Assembly: GCA_044220955.1 (NCBI GenBank)
Contig: JBGAQA010000024.1
Span: 20,197 to 84,196 of the forward strand
Length of the DNA stretch: 64,000 nucleotides
Direction: 5' to 3'
Origin: Sandaracinaceae bacterium
GTDB lineage: Bacteria > Myxococcota_A > Polyangia > Polyangiales > Sandaracinaceae
Shown piece by piece: positions 45,439 through 54,852 of this stretch (positions are counted from its first letter, which is position 1; the number at the start of each line of letters is the position of its first letter). Position numbers and translations under genes: made by a program. Under the pieces are notes generated by a model, which was not told where the DNA came from, made no database searches, and saw only the letters and a list, made by a program, of their open reading frames with translations.

Positions 45439-46488
45439 TCACGGCCAGCTCGCCGGCGCGCCGAGGCCCGCGCCCTCCGGGAGGCCGAAGCGCACGTTGA
45501 AGCACTGCACGGCTTGGCCGCTCGCGCCCTTCACCAGGTTGTCGATGGCTCCCTGCGCGAGCAGCCAGCCGGTGCGCTCGTCGAGCGTGTAGGAGACGTG
45601 TGCGCGGTTGCTCCCCCGGACCCAGAGCGTGTCGGGGCACGCGCCGGGGTCGTGGACGAACACGCTGGGCGATCCCGCGTACGTCGCGCGCGCGGCGTCG
45701 GTCGCGGTCTGCGCGCTCACGCCGGCCGGAAGCCGCACGTACGACGTCGAGAGGATCCCGCGTGTCATCGGCACCAGGTGAGGCGTGAAGACGACCCGGA
45801 CGCTGCGGCCGGCGAGCGCCCCGATCTCTTGCTCGATCTCCGGCGTGTGCCGGTGGCTCCCGGCGATCTTGTACGCGCGGATGCCCTCGCTCGTCTCCGG
45901 GAAGTGGGTCCGCTCGCCGGGGGTGCGCCCCGCCCCCGAGACGCCGCTCTTGGCGTCGATCACCAGGGGTGCGCCATCGAGCCAGCCCTGCGCCGCGAGC
46001 GGCGCGAGGGGCAGGATCGACGCAGTGGGGAAGCAGCCCGGCACCGCGATCAGGTCGGCCCTGGCGATCGCGGCGCGGTGCAGCTCGGGAAGGCCGTAGA
46101 CCGCGGCGGCCGCGAGCTCGGGCGCGCCGTGGTGGCCGTACCAGCGCTCGTGCTCGGCGACGTCGTGCAGCCTGAAGTCGGCCGACAGGTCGAAGACGAC
46201 CTTGCCCCTGGCGCGCAGCTCGGAGCAGAGCTTGGCGCTCGCGCCGTGGGGGAGGCACGAGAACACCGCGTCGGCCGCCTCCGCGGTCCGCTCTGCGTCG
46301 TGCGCCAGGACCTCGCCGCCGACGAGGCCGGCCAGGGCCGGCAGGACGGCCGCGACCGGCTGCCCGGCCTTGCCATGCCCCACCAGCTCCGCGATCGCGA
46401 CGTGCGGGTGTCCGAGCAGGAGCCGCGCGAGCTCCGCGCCGGTGTATCCGCTCGCGCCGAGGATCGAGACGCGAATCCGCTCCTGCAT
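45439..46488 (-). CDS. argC: N-acetyl-gamma-glutamyl-phosphate reductase
   Basis: GASGYTG, CLPHG, DLSADFR, PGCFPT, SGVSGAGR, HRHTPEI, IDNLVKGASGQA. Confidence 0.97.
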   Translation of the reverse strand: MQERIRVSILGASGYTGAELARLLLGHPHVAIAELVGHGKAGQPVAAVLPALAGLVGGEVLAHDAERTAEAADAVFSCLPHGASAKLCSELRARGKVVFDLSADFRLHDVAEHERWYGHHGAPELAAAAVYGLPELHRAAIARADLIAVPGCFPTASILPLAPLAAQGWLDGAPLVIDAKSGVSGAGRTPGERTHFPETSEGIRAYKIAGSHRHTPEIEQEIGALAGRSVRVVFTPHLVPMTRGILSTSYVRLPAGVSAQTATDAARATYAGSPSVFVHDPGACPDTLWVRGSNRAHVSYTLDERTGWLLAQGAIDNLVKGASGQAVQCFNVRFGLPEGAGLGAPASWP

Positions 46489-46504
46489 GCCTGCGCTCCT
46501 TAGC

Positions 46505-46547
46505 AACAAAAACGAAGAAGGCCGCAGCGTCTCGCGCCGCGGCCTTC
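46505..46547 (-). terminator. Intrinsic terminator after rpsI
   Basis: GAAGGCCGCGGCG-CGAGA-CGCTGCGGCCTTC followed by TTCGTTTTTGTT. Confidence 0.75.
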
Positions 46548-46582
46548 GCTCTGGATGCTCTGGCTGCGCCCGGGCGGCGCGC

Positions 46583-46987
46583 TCAGCGCTTGCTGAACTG
46601 GAACTTCTTGCGGGCGCCCGGCTGACCGGGCTTCTTGCGCTCCTTCTCGCGCGAGTCACGCGTGAGAAGGCCCGCCCGCTTGAGCGGCGGCCGGAGCGCG
46701 AGATCGACGTGCAGCAGCGCCCGCGAGATGCCGTGCCGGATGGCCTCGGCCTGCGCCGCGACGCCGCCCCCGTTCGTCGTCGCGTAGACGTCGAACTGGC
46801 CGACCTTCTCGGAGACCTCGAACGCCTGGCGGACGATCATGCGCGACGTCTCGCGCGGGAAGTAGTCCTCGAGCGTGCGCCCGTTGACCGTGATCGTGCC
46901 CTCGCCCTTGGTGAGGAACACGCGGGCGATCGCGCGCTTGCGCTTGCCCGTTCCGTACTGCTTCCCGTGGATCGTCGGCTGCGGCAT
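46583..46987 (-). CDS. rpsI: 30S ribosomal protein S9
   Basis: [31 protein letters not shown]. Confidence 0.98.
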   Translation of the reverse strand: MPQPTIHGKQYGTGKRKRAIARVFLTKGEGTITVNGRTLEDYFPRETSRMIVRQAFEVSEKVGQFDVYATTNGGGVAAQAEAIRHGISRALLHVDLALRPPLKRAGLLTRDSREKERKKPGQPGARKKFQFSKR

Positions 46988-47030
46988 GTCTCTCGTCTCT
47001 CTCTCGATCATCTAGCTCGACGCTCTCGCG

Positions 47031-47474
47031 TCAAAACGTGAACGCGGCAGGCTTCTGCGCCGCATGCGGGTGGCTCGAGCCCGCGTAGACCTTGAGCTTG
47101 TCGTGCATCTTCTTGCCGAGCGGCGTCTTGGGCAGCATCCCCTTGACGGCCTTCTCGAGCGCGAGCTCGGGCTTGCGCGCGAGGACCGAGCGGTAGGGCT
47201 CGGCGCGGAAGCCGCCCGGGATCGCCGAGTGCTTGTAGAAGAACTTGCCGTCGAGCTTGTTGCCGGTGAGGCGCACCTTCTCGGCGTTGATCACGACGAC
47301 GTAGTCGCCGGTGTCGTTGTGCTTCGTGTATGCCGGCGTGTGCTTGCCGCGGAGCACGCTCGCGATGCGCGAGCTGAGGCGGCCGAGCGGCTGGTCCGTC
47401 GCGTCGACGATCCACCACTTGCGGGTGATTTCCTGGGACTGCACCGACGTGGTGCTCGTGCTGAGCGCGGGCAT
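47031..47474 (-). CDS. rplM: 50S ribosomal protein L13
   Basis: WWIVDA..LGRL..LRGKH..DTGDYVVVINA..GMLPK..HPHAAQKP. Confidence 0.98.
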   Translation of the reverse strand: MPALSTSTTSVQSQEITRKWWIVDATDQPLGRLSSRIASVLRGKHTPAYTKHNDTGDYVVVINAEKVRLTGNKLDGKFFYKHSAIPGGFRAEPYRSVLARKPELALEKAVKGMLPKTPLGKKMHDKLKVYAGSSHPHAAQKPAAFTF

Positions 47475-47509
47475 GTTTTTACTCGTGGGTCTGCCGAAAA
47501 AGGGCCGAA

Positions 47510-47538
47510 CGTTTAGCGGCGGGCTCCCGGCGTGTCAA
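47510..47538 (-). promoter_or_regulatory. Sigma70-type promoter of rplM-rpsI
   Basis: TTGACA-17 nt-TAAACG. Confidence 0.7.
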
Positions 47539-47599
47539 GGCGTGTCGGGCCCTCGCGGGGCGCTTGCCGGGCGCCAGGGCGTCCCTGTACACCAGATCG

Positions 47600-48076
47600 G
47601 TGGACCCCGCCGCCATCCACTACCAGCCCGAGGACCTCGCGACGCCCGGGGCACGCTTCGTCGGGCGCTTCGTCGACAACCTCGTCCTGCTGCTGCCCCT
47701 CGGCATCTGCATCTTCGTCGGCATCGACACGCGTCACCCGATCCCGTTCGTGCTGCTCGGGGTCGCGATCTGGCTGGGCATCCAGTGGTTCTCCTTCCGG
47801 GGCACGGGGCGGACGCTGGGCAAGCGCGTCTCGGGCACGCGCGTGCTGCGCCTGGACGGGACGCCGGTCGGCTTCGTCCGCGGCTTCCTCGGGCGCGACC
47901 TCTTGATCCTCGTGGCGAACGCCACCCGGATCCTGGGCATCATCAACGCGCTGATGATCTTCGGGGCGGAGCGCCGCTGCGGCCACGATCGGGTGCTCGG
48001 GACCGTCGTCGTGGACGCGGCGAAGGCGGCGGAGCGTGGGATCGACGCCGAGCGCGTCGCCGAGGTCTTCCGCTGA
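47600..48076 (+). CDS. RDD family protein
   Basis: ARFVGRFVD, GRTLGKR..RV, HDRVLGTVVV. Confidence 0.85.
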   Translation: MDPAAIHYQPEDLATPGARFVGRFVDNLVLLLPLGICIFVGIDTRHPIPFVLLGVAIWLGIQWFSFRGTGRTLGKRVSGTRVLRLDGTPVGFVRGFLGRDLLILVANATRILGIINALMIFGAERRCGHDRVLGTVVVDAAKAAERGIDAERVAEVFR

Positions 48077-48082
48077 GCGCTG

Positions 48083-48940
48083 ATGGCGCGCCTCGAAACG
48101 CCGAAGTGTCGGCTCTACGTGATCCTCGCGCGCGACGCGCCGCGGGCGGTGATCTTGCGCCGGGGTCCGAGCGCGCACGTGATGCTCGCGCTCTGGCACA
48201 CCGACACGGACGAGATCGAGGAGGGACAGTGGCTGAAGGGCCGGATCTACGAGCGGCGCGCGGATCTCAGCCCCGACGGGACGAAGCTCTTGTACTTCGC
48301 CGCGCAGTACCGCAGGCGTGCGATGCCGACCTGGTCGGCGATCTCGACGCCGCCCTGGCTCCACGCGCTGGTCCTGTTTCCCAAGGGCGATGCCTGGGGC
48401 GGCGGGGGGCTCTGGGAGTCGCGGCGGAGCGTCGTGCTCAACCACCCGTACGGCGCCGCGATCGCGGACCCCGGCACGCCGCTGCCGCCGGAGCTGCGCG
48501 TGCGCGAGATGGGGCTGCGCTCGCGCGGCGGCGAGGACTTTCCGCTGCTGGGGATGCGCCTCGCCCGGGATGGCTGGCGGGCCGTGCCGGGGCGGCCGCG
48601 CGTCTTCGCGCTCGCGCGTCCGTCGGAGCCGACGCTCGAGCTACGGATGGAGATCGTGTCGGTGGCCGAGCGCCAGAGCGACTGGTACGTCGTGGCGCAC
48701 CGCGTCCTGCGCGTCGGGCGCGGCGGAGACGAGGAGATCGTGGCGGACCTGGGGCGGACGGAGTGGGCGAGCTGGGATCGCAACGGCGATCTGCTCTTCG
48801 CGCGCGAGGGCGTGCTCTTCCGGCAGCGGCGCACGCCGGCACGTCTCGCCGAGCCGCGCGTCGTCGTCGATCTGCGCGACCGTCGCTTCGAGGCGCGCGT
48901 GGCGCCGCCGCACGCACGCTCCTGGCGGTCGAAGCGATGA
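48083..48940 (+). CDS. Hypothetical protein (beta-rich; DLSPDG motif)
   Basis: RRGPS..GQWLKGRIYERRADLSPDG..WGGGG; coupled to next gene. Confidence 0.7.
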   Translation: MARLETPKCRLYVILARDAPRAVILRRGPSAHVMLALWHTDTDEIEEGQWLKGRIYERRADLSPDGTKLLYFAAQYRRRAMPTWSAISTPPWLHALVLFPKGDAWGGGGLWESRRSVVLNHPYGAAIADPGTPLPPELRVREMGLRSRGGEDFPLLGMRLARDGWRAVPGRPRVFALARPSEPTLELRMEIVSVAERQSDWYVVAHRVLRVGRGGDEEIVADLGRTEWASWDRNGDLLFAREGVLFRQRRTPARLAEPRVVVDLRDRRFEARVAPPHARSWRSKR

Positions 48941-49470
48941 GGCTGGTCGGGCTGCTGCGGGCGGTGAACGTGGGCGGGACGGGGAAGCTCCCGATGGCCG
49001 CGCTGCGTGCGCTCGTCGCGAAGCTCGGCTTCGCCGACGTCGAGACCTTCATCCAGACGGGCAACGTGCTCTTCGACGCGCCGGGCGTCGCCGGCGTGGC
49101 CGAGAAGATCGAGGCCGGGCTGCGCGAGGAGCACGGCCTGCACACGACGGTGATCCTGCGCACGCCCGCGGAGCTCGCCGCGGTGGCGCGCGCCCACGCC
49201 TTCGCCGATCGCGGCGCGGACCCCACGCGGCTTCACGTGGTGTTCCTGCTCGAGGCGCCCGCGAAGGCCGCGGTGGCGCGGCTCGACCCATCTCGCTCGC
49301 CCGGCGACGCGTGGCGCGCGCGCGGGCGCGATCTGCACCTCTTCCTCCCGAACGGCGCCGGCAGGTCGAAGCTCACGATGGCGTACCTCGAGAGGGTCCT
49401 CGGCACGGCCGGGACGATGCGTAACCTCAACACCGTCACGAAGCTGGCTGCGCTGGCCGCTCGCGGATGA
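48937..49470 (+). CDS. DUF1697 domain protein
   Basis: LLRAVNVGG..LPMA.LR..V.TFIQTGNVLF..TMRNLNTVTKL. Confidence 0.9.
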   Translation: MRLVGLLRAVNVGGTGKLPMAALRALVAKLGFADVETFIQTGNVLFDAPGVAGVAEKIEAGLREEHGLHTTVILRTPAELAAVARAHAFADRGADPTRLHVVFLLEAPAKAAVARLDPSRSPGDAWRARGRDLHLFLPNGAGRSKLTMAYLERVLGTAGTMRNLNTVTKLAALAARG

Positions 49471-49497
49471 AGCGCGGGTACCGCGTGTTAGCCTGAC

Positions 49498-52215
49498 ATG
49501 GCGATGAGGGACGAGGTCGCGAGCAGCGCGAGCGCGACGGCGGCGAAGTCCGTCGAGGAGCCCGCCCGCGCGCGTCCGGCGCCGGACGAGACCGGCGGGT
49601 ACCGCCCCATCGTCTACGAGCCGAGCCCGCTCTGGCAGCGCATCTACCGCCGGTTCTTCTCGCGCGTTCAGATCGACGCCAGCTGGGCCGGCCGCGTGCG
49701 CGACGCCGCCGAGGACGGGCAGGTCGTGTACATCGGCCGTGCCGTCTCGTTCCTCGACTTCCTCGCGCTCGACTTCCTGACGAAGGAGCACGGGCTGCCC
49801 CCGATCCAGTTCACGAACGACCTCGGCATGTCGATCGTCGAGCCCTTCGGCCGGGGCTCGCGCCGCCTGCGCCTCAAGGCGCCGATCCCGGAGGATCGCG
49901 CGCTCGCGGAGTGCCTCCACGGCGGGCACTCCGCGCTCCTCTTCTTGCGCCGTCCGCCCCAGTTCGCGAGCGGCAAGCGCAAGGGCGAGGCGCTCGAGCT
50001 CGACCTCGTCCGCGCGCTCGTCGAGCTGCAGCGCAAGATCGCGCGCCCGATTCGCCTCTTGCCGCAGACCATCGTGTGGACCAAGCGCCCGCCCACCAGC
50101 AAGAAGAGCGTGGTCGACCTGCTCTTCGGCCCGAGCGAGTGGCCGGGGCGCGTGAGGACGTTCCTCCAGTTCGTGTTCAACTTCCGCAACGCGCTGCTCA
50201 CCGCCGGCGAGCCCTTCGATCTCGCCGATCTCCTCCGCGATCACCAGGATCTGACCGACGCCGAGGCTGCCGATCGCGTCCGCTACGCGCTCCTGCGACG
50301 GCTCGAGCGCGAGCGGACGGTCGTGCTCGGACCGACGAAGAAGACGGCGGTGCGCGTCCGCGAGGAGATCCTCCGCAGCCCCCGAGTGCGTCAGCAGATG
50401 GCCGACGCCGCCAAGGAGAACGGCCGATCGCTGGAGCTCGTACGGGCCGAGGCAGATCGGGAGCTGCAGCAGCTCTGTGCCGCGCCCGACATGGCGACGC
50501 TCGACCTCTTCCACCGTGCGCTGGCCCCGCTCTGGAACCGCATCTACGACGGCCTGGTGGTGGACGAGGACGGCCTCGAGCGAGTGCGCGAGGCCGCGCG
50601 CAAGGGCCCCCTCGTGTTCCTCCCCTCGCACAAGAGCCACATCGACTACCTCATCATCTCGGACGTGCTCTACGCGCGCGGCCTGGCCCCGCCGCTGATC
50701 GCCGCCGGCGACAACCTCTCGTTCTTCCCGCTCGGCGCGCTCTTGCGGCGGAGCGGGGCGTTCTTCATCAAGCGGAGCTTCAAGGGCAAGAAGCTCTATC
50801 CGCAGCTCGTGGACGCGTACGTGCGCAAGGTGCTCGTCGAGGGTCACCACCTCGAGCTCTTCATCGAGGGCGGACGCTCCCGCACGGGCAAGCTCCTGCC
50901 GCCGAAGCTCGGGATCCTCTCGATGATCGTGGACGCGGCGCTCAAGCTCGACGACCACGACATCCAGTTCGTGCCGGTCTCGATCGGCTACGAGCGGATC
51001 ATCGAGGAAGGCTCGTACGTCCACGAGCTCGAGGGCGGCGAGAAGAAGGCCGAGAGCGTGGGCGGCTTGCTCGGGAGCGGGCGGATCCTTCGCTCGAAGT
51101 ACGGTCGCCTGTACCTCCAGTTCGGGGAGATCCTGCCGTTTCGCGCGATGAAGGGGAGCGAGCGCGACCTCTCTCCTCCGGAGCGGCGCGCGCTCGTGCA
51201 GCGGGTCGCGCACCGCGTGACCTACGAGATCAACCGCGTGACGATGGTGACGCCGGCTGCGCTGACCGCGTCCGCGCTGATGTCGCAGCGTGGGCGGGGG
51301 ATCTCGCACGGCGAGCTGATGGCGCGCGCGCGCGAGCTGCTCGTGCTCTTCCAGCGGCACGGCGCCCGGGTCGCGCGCGCGCTCGTGGATCGGCGCGGCG
51401 ATCTGCGACACGACGCGCTCGAGAGCGCGATCCAGCTCTTCGTCGACGCGAAGCTGCTGACGGTCGACCGCAGTGCGGGGCAGAGCCCGGCCGACACGAC
51501 CGTGTCGCGTCCGCGAAGCGGGCTTCTCCGCGCGTCCGGGAGCGAGAAGGGCGCTCGCGCGGCGGGCGACACTTCGCGCGTCGAGCGCGTCTACCTCGTC
51601 CCCGACGATCGGCGGATGGCGCTCGAGTACCACAAGAACGTCGTGCTCCACTTCTTCGTGCCGAGCGCGCTCGTCGCCACGTCGCTCGCCGCGCTGGGCT
51701 GGGACACGACGCTCGTGGCGCTGCGCGACCGCGTCCGCGCGCTCTCGCGCCTCTTCAAGCTGGAGTTCATGTACCGCGCCGACGCGGAGTTCGAGGCCAT
51801 CTTCTCGGACGCGCTGTCTCGGATGATCGAGTCCGACGAGGTCGTCTGGGAGGCTGACCGCGTGCGGCGCGCAGACGCCGAGCCCCGCGGCCGCCTGGCG
51901 CTCTACGAGGGGATGCTCCGCACCTACGTCGAGGCGTACCGCGTGGCGCTCCGGGCGCTCGTCGCGCTCGGGACGAGGTCGACGACGAAGAAGGAGTGGA
52001 TCAAGTCCACGCTCGCCACCGGGCGGCGCGCGTTCGCCGCCGGCGAGGTGTCGCTGCGCGAGTCCGTCGTGCGCCCCAAGCTCGAGAACGCGCTCGGCAT
52101 GCTGCACGAGCTGGGGATCGCGCGCACCGAGGGCGAGAGCGTCCAGGCCGGCCCGAAGATCGAGGAGGCGACGAGGATGGACGCGATGCTCACCGAGCAC
52201 CTCCGGGCGGAGTAG
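49498..52215 (+). CDS. plsB: Glycerol-3-phosphate acyltransferase (PlsB-like)
   Basis: PSHKSHIDY, AAGDNL, GAFFIKRSF, FIEGGRSRTGKLLPPKLG, PVSIGYE. Confidence 0.85.
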   Translation: MAMRDEVASSASATAAKSVEEPARARPAPDETGGYRPIVYEPSPLWQRIYRRFFSRVQIDASWAGRVRDAAEDGQVVYIGRAVSFLDFLALDFLTKEHGLPPIQFTNDLGMSIVEPFGRGSRRLRLKAPIPEDRALAECLHGGHSALLFLRRPPQFASGKRKGEALELDLVRALVELQRKIARPIRLLPQTIVWTKRPPTSKKSVVDLLFGPSEWPGRVRTFLQFVFNFRNALLTAGEPFDLADLLRDHQDLTDAEAADRVRYALLRRLERERTVVLGPTKKTAVRVREEILRSPRVRQQMADAAKENGRSLELVRAEADRELQQLCAAPDMATLDLFHRALAPLWNRIYDGLVVDEDGLERVREAARKGPLVFLPSHKSHIDYLIISDVLYARGLAPPLIAAGDNLSFFPLGALLRRSGAFFIKRSFKGKKLYPQLVDAYVRKVLVEGHHLELFIEGGRSRTGKLLPPKLGILSMIVDAALKLDDHDIQFVPVSIGYERIIEEGSYVHELEGGEKKAESVGGLLGSGRILRSKYGRLYLQFGEILPFRAMKGSERDLSPPERRALVQRVAHRVTYEINRVTMVTPAALTASALMSQRGRGISHGELMARARELLVLFQRHGARVARALVDRRGDLRHDALESAIQLFVDAKLLTVDRSAGQSPADTTVSRPRSGLLRASGSEKGARAAGDTSRVERVYLVPDDRRMALEYHKNVVLHFFVPSALVATSLAALGWDTTLVALRDRVRALSRLFKLEFMYRADAEFEAIFSDALSRMIESDEVVWEADRVRRADAEPRGRLALYEGMLRTYVEAYRVALRALVALGTRSTTKKEWIKSTLATGRRAFAAGEVSLRESVVRPKLENALGMLHELGIARTEGESVQAGPKIEEATRMDAMLTEHLRAE

Positions 52216-52230
52216 GGGGAGGCCCCCGCA

Positions 52231-53505
52231 CTACATCGCGATGGGCGGCTCCTGCGCGATCCCCAGCGCGGCGGCGCGCGCCTCCGCGAGCACGAAGATC
52301 GATCCCGCCACGACGACGAGCCCACGCGTTCCTGCGCGCGCGCGCGCGAGGGCGAGGCCCTCGGTCACCGTGGGCGCGGCGAGCCCCGGCGCGAACGCGT
52401 CGAGGTGCATCGTCTTCTCCGCGCGTCCGAGGCCAGGCGCGACGTACACGCGCTCGTCGATCTCGGGCGAGAGCGCCCGAAGCATGGCTGGCCAGTCCTT
52501 GTCGGCCATCACCCCGAAGAGCAGCACGCGCCGGCCCTCGCGCGGGAGCGACGCGAGGTGCGCGGCCAGCGCCGCGGCTCCGTCGGGGTTGTGCGCGGCG
52601 TCGAGGAGCAGCGCGGGCCTGCCCGCGATCGTCTCGAGACGACCCGGCCAGCTCACCTCCGAGACCGCGCGCCGGATGGCGCGATCGGGGATCTTCATGC
52701 CCCCGCTGCGGAGCACGAGCAGCGTGGCCGCAGCGGTCGTCGCGTTGGCGCGCTGGTGCGCGCCCGCGAGCCCGGGGGTGAGGCCCTGCACGCGCTCGCC
52801 CCCCGCCGCGACGGCGAGCCCGCTCTGCTCGCTCTGGCGCACGACCACGATCTCGGCTCCGCGCGCCTTCGCGACCCGGCCGATCTCCCGTCGCGCTCGG
52901 GCGTCGTCGACGCGTGCGATCAGGGGGACCCCGCGCCGCAGGATGCCCGCCTTCTCTCGCGCGATACGCTCGATGGTGCTCCCGAGGTAGGCCTCGTGGT
53001 CCATGGCGATCGAGGTGATCACCGTCGCCCTCACGTCCGTCGCGACGTTGGTCGCGTCCAGGCGTCCGCCGAGCCCGACCTCGAGGACCGCGAAGGCCAC
53101 CCTCGCGTCCCGGAGGGCGACGAACGCGATGGCCGTGATCGCCTCGAAGAACGTGGGCTCGGGGCACGCGCCGCGCGCCACGACCCGCTGCAGCTTCGTC
53201 ACCGCCTTCACGAACGCCGCCTCCGAGATGGCGTCGTCGCCGATGCGGATCCGCTCCCGGACCGTGTGCAGGTGCGGAGAGGTGTAGAGCGCGGCGTGCA
53301 TGCCGCTCTGCACGAGCGCCGCGTGGATCATGGCCGACACGCTCCCCTTGCCGTTGGTGCCCGCCACGATCACGCACGGCACCTCTCGCTCGGGGTGTCC
53401 GAGCGCCGCGCAGATCGCCTCCATGCGCTCGAGGCCGAGCTTCACGCCCCCGCGGGCGAGCGCGTAGAGCCAGGCTCTCCGGCGCTCGTAGCCGGCGGCC
53501 CTCAC
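52231..53505 (-). CDS. folC: Folylpolyglutamate/dihydrofolate synthase
   Basis: VAGTNGKGS, YTSPHL, EVGLGGRLDATN, WPGRLE, LDAAHNP; GTG overlaps accD stop. Confidence 0.95.
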   Translation of the reverse strand: MRAAGYERRRAWLYALARGGVKLGLERMEAICAALGHPEREVPCVIVAGTNGKGSVSAMIHAALVQSGMHAALYTSPHLHTVRERIRIGDDAISEAAFVKAVTKLQRVVARGACPEPTFFEAITAIAFVALRDARVAFAVLEVGLGGRLDATNVATDVRATVITSIAMDHEAYLGSTIERIAREKAGILRRGVPLIARVDDARARREIGRVAKARGAEIVVVRQSEQSGLAVAAGGERVQGLTPGLAGAHQRANATTAAATLLVLRSGGMKIPDRAIRRAVSEVSWPGRLETIAGRPALLLDAAHNPDGAAALAAHLASLPREGRRVLLFGVMADKDWPAMLRALSPEIDERVYVAPGLGRAEKTMHLDAFAPGLAAPTVTEGLALARARAGTRGLVVVAGSIFVLAEARAAALGIAQEPPIAM

Positions 53506-54341
53506 CCGACCAGGTGGCTCAGGACGCGCGCGATGTTGGCGCGCATCTCGCGTCGCGGCGAGATCATGTCGAGCATGCCGTGCTCGAGCAGGAACTCGGA
53601 CTTCTGGAAGCCGTCCGGCAGCTTCTGGCGGATGGTGTTCTCGATGACGCGCGGGCCGGCGAACCCGATCAGCGCCTTCGGCTCTGCCACGTTCACGTCC
53701 CCGAGGAGCGCGAAGCTGGCCGCGACGCCGCCCGTGGTGGGGTGCAGGAGCACGCTCACGAAGGGCATCCCCGCGGCGCGCAGGCGCCCCAGCGCCGACA
53801 CCGTCTTGGCCATCTGCATGAGCGAGAGCACGCCCTCCTGCATGCGGGCGCCGCCCGAGGAGCTGAGCAGGATCACCGGGTGCCGCTTGGCGGTCCCGCG
53901 CTCGAACATCCGGGTGATCTTCTCGCCCACCACCGAGCCCATCGAGCCGCCCATGAAACGGAACACGAAGCTGCCGAACTGGACCGGCCGGCTCTCGAGC
54001 GTGCCCTCGCCGACCATCATCGCGTCCTCGACGCCCGTCTTCTTGCGGGTCGCCTTGAGGCGCTCGGGGTAGGGCTTGCTGTCGTTGAACGCGAGCGGGT
54101 CTCCCGCGACCAGGCCGGTGTCGTGCTCTTCGAACGATCCCGGATCGAGGAGCAGGTCGACCCACGACTCGCTCGAGAGCGCGTAGTGGTGCTGGCACTG
54201 CGGGCAGACCTCGAGGTTCTCCGTGAACTCCTCGGCGCGCAGCGTGGCGCCGCACTCGTCGCAGCGCCGGAAGACGCCCCGGCCGATCGTCTGCTTCTCG
54301 GAGGCGTCGAGCGATGCACGCGTCTTGTTGAACCAGGCCAT
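53502..54341 (-). CDS. accD: Acetyl-CoA carboxylase carboxyltransferase beta subunit
   Basis: CDEC..CPQC zinc ribbon, FMGGSMG, SGGARMQEG, PTTGGV, GFAGPRVIE. Confidence 0.97.
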   Translation of the reverse strand: MAWFNKTRASLDASEKQTIGRGVFRRCDECGATLRAEEFTENLEVCPQCQHHYALSSESWVDLLLDPGSFEEHDTGLVAGDPLAFNDSKPYPERLKATRKKTGVEDAMMVGEGTLESRPVQFGSFVFRFMGGSMGSVVGEKITRMFERGTAKRHPVILLSSSGGARMQEGVLSLMQMAKTVSALGRLRAAGMPFVSVLLHPTTGGVAASFALLGDVNVAEPKALIGFAGPRVIENTIRQKLPDGFQKSEFLLEHGMLDMISPRREMRANIARVLSHLVG

Positions 54342-54405
54342 CGCGAGCGCAGTTCGTATCACGAGGCTGGGCCGCGGTCATGCGACGTGGCAGATCGCGT
54401 CTCCG

Positions 54406-54852
54406 ATGACTCTCTCGAGCCCGTACCGGTCGACCCAGCGCGTCTACTTCGATGATCTCGACGCGCTCAACATCCTGCACAACGTCCGCTTCGTCCTCTT
54501 CATGGAGCGCGCGCGCGGCGAGCTCTTCCAGGCCCTCGGCTTCCGCTGGGAGGACGACTTCGCGAGGAACCCGGACAAGTTCCACGTCGTGGCGGCGCAC
54601 GAGATCGAGTACCTGGCGCCCGTCCGCGGCGAGGGCGAGCTGGTGGTCGAGCTCTCGCCCTCGCACCTCGGCCGCACGAGCCTCGTCATCGACGCGCGCG
54701 TGAAGGGCCGCCACGGCGACCTCGTGCACGCCGTCGGCAAGACCCGGCTCGTGCGCCTCGACCCGGACACCTTCCGGCCTGCGCCCTGGAGCGACCCGTT
54801 CCGCGCCGCGTTCTCGCCGCTGATCGTGGCCGGCGCCACTCAGCGCGGGTAG
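54406..54852 (+). CDS. 4HBT-family acyl-CoA thioesterase
   Basis: VYFDDLDALNILHNVRF..ERAR; IEYLAPV. Confidence 0.85.
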   Translation: MTLSSPYRSTQRVYFDDLDALNILHNVRFVLFMERARGELFQALGFRWEDDFARNPDKFHVVAAHEIEYLAPVRGEGELVVELSPSHLGRTSLVIDARVKGRHGDLVHAVGKTRLVRLDPDTFRPAPWSDPFRAAFSPLIVAGATQRG

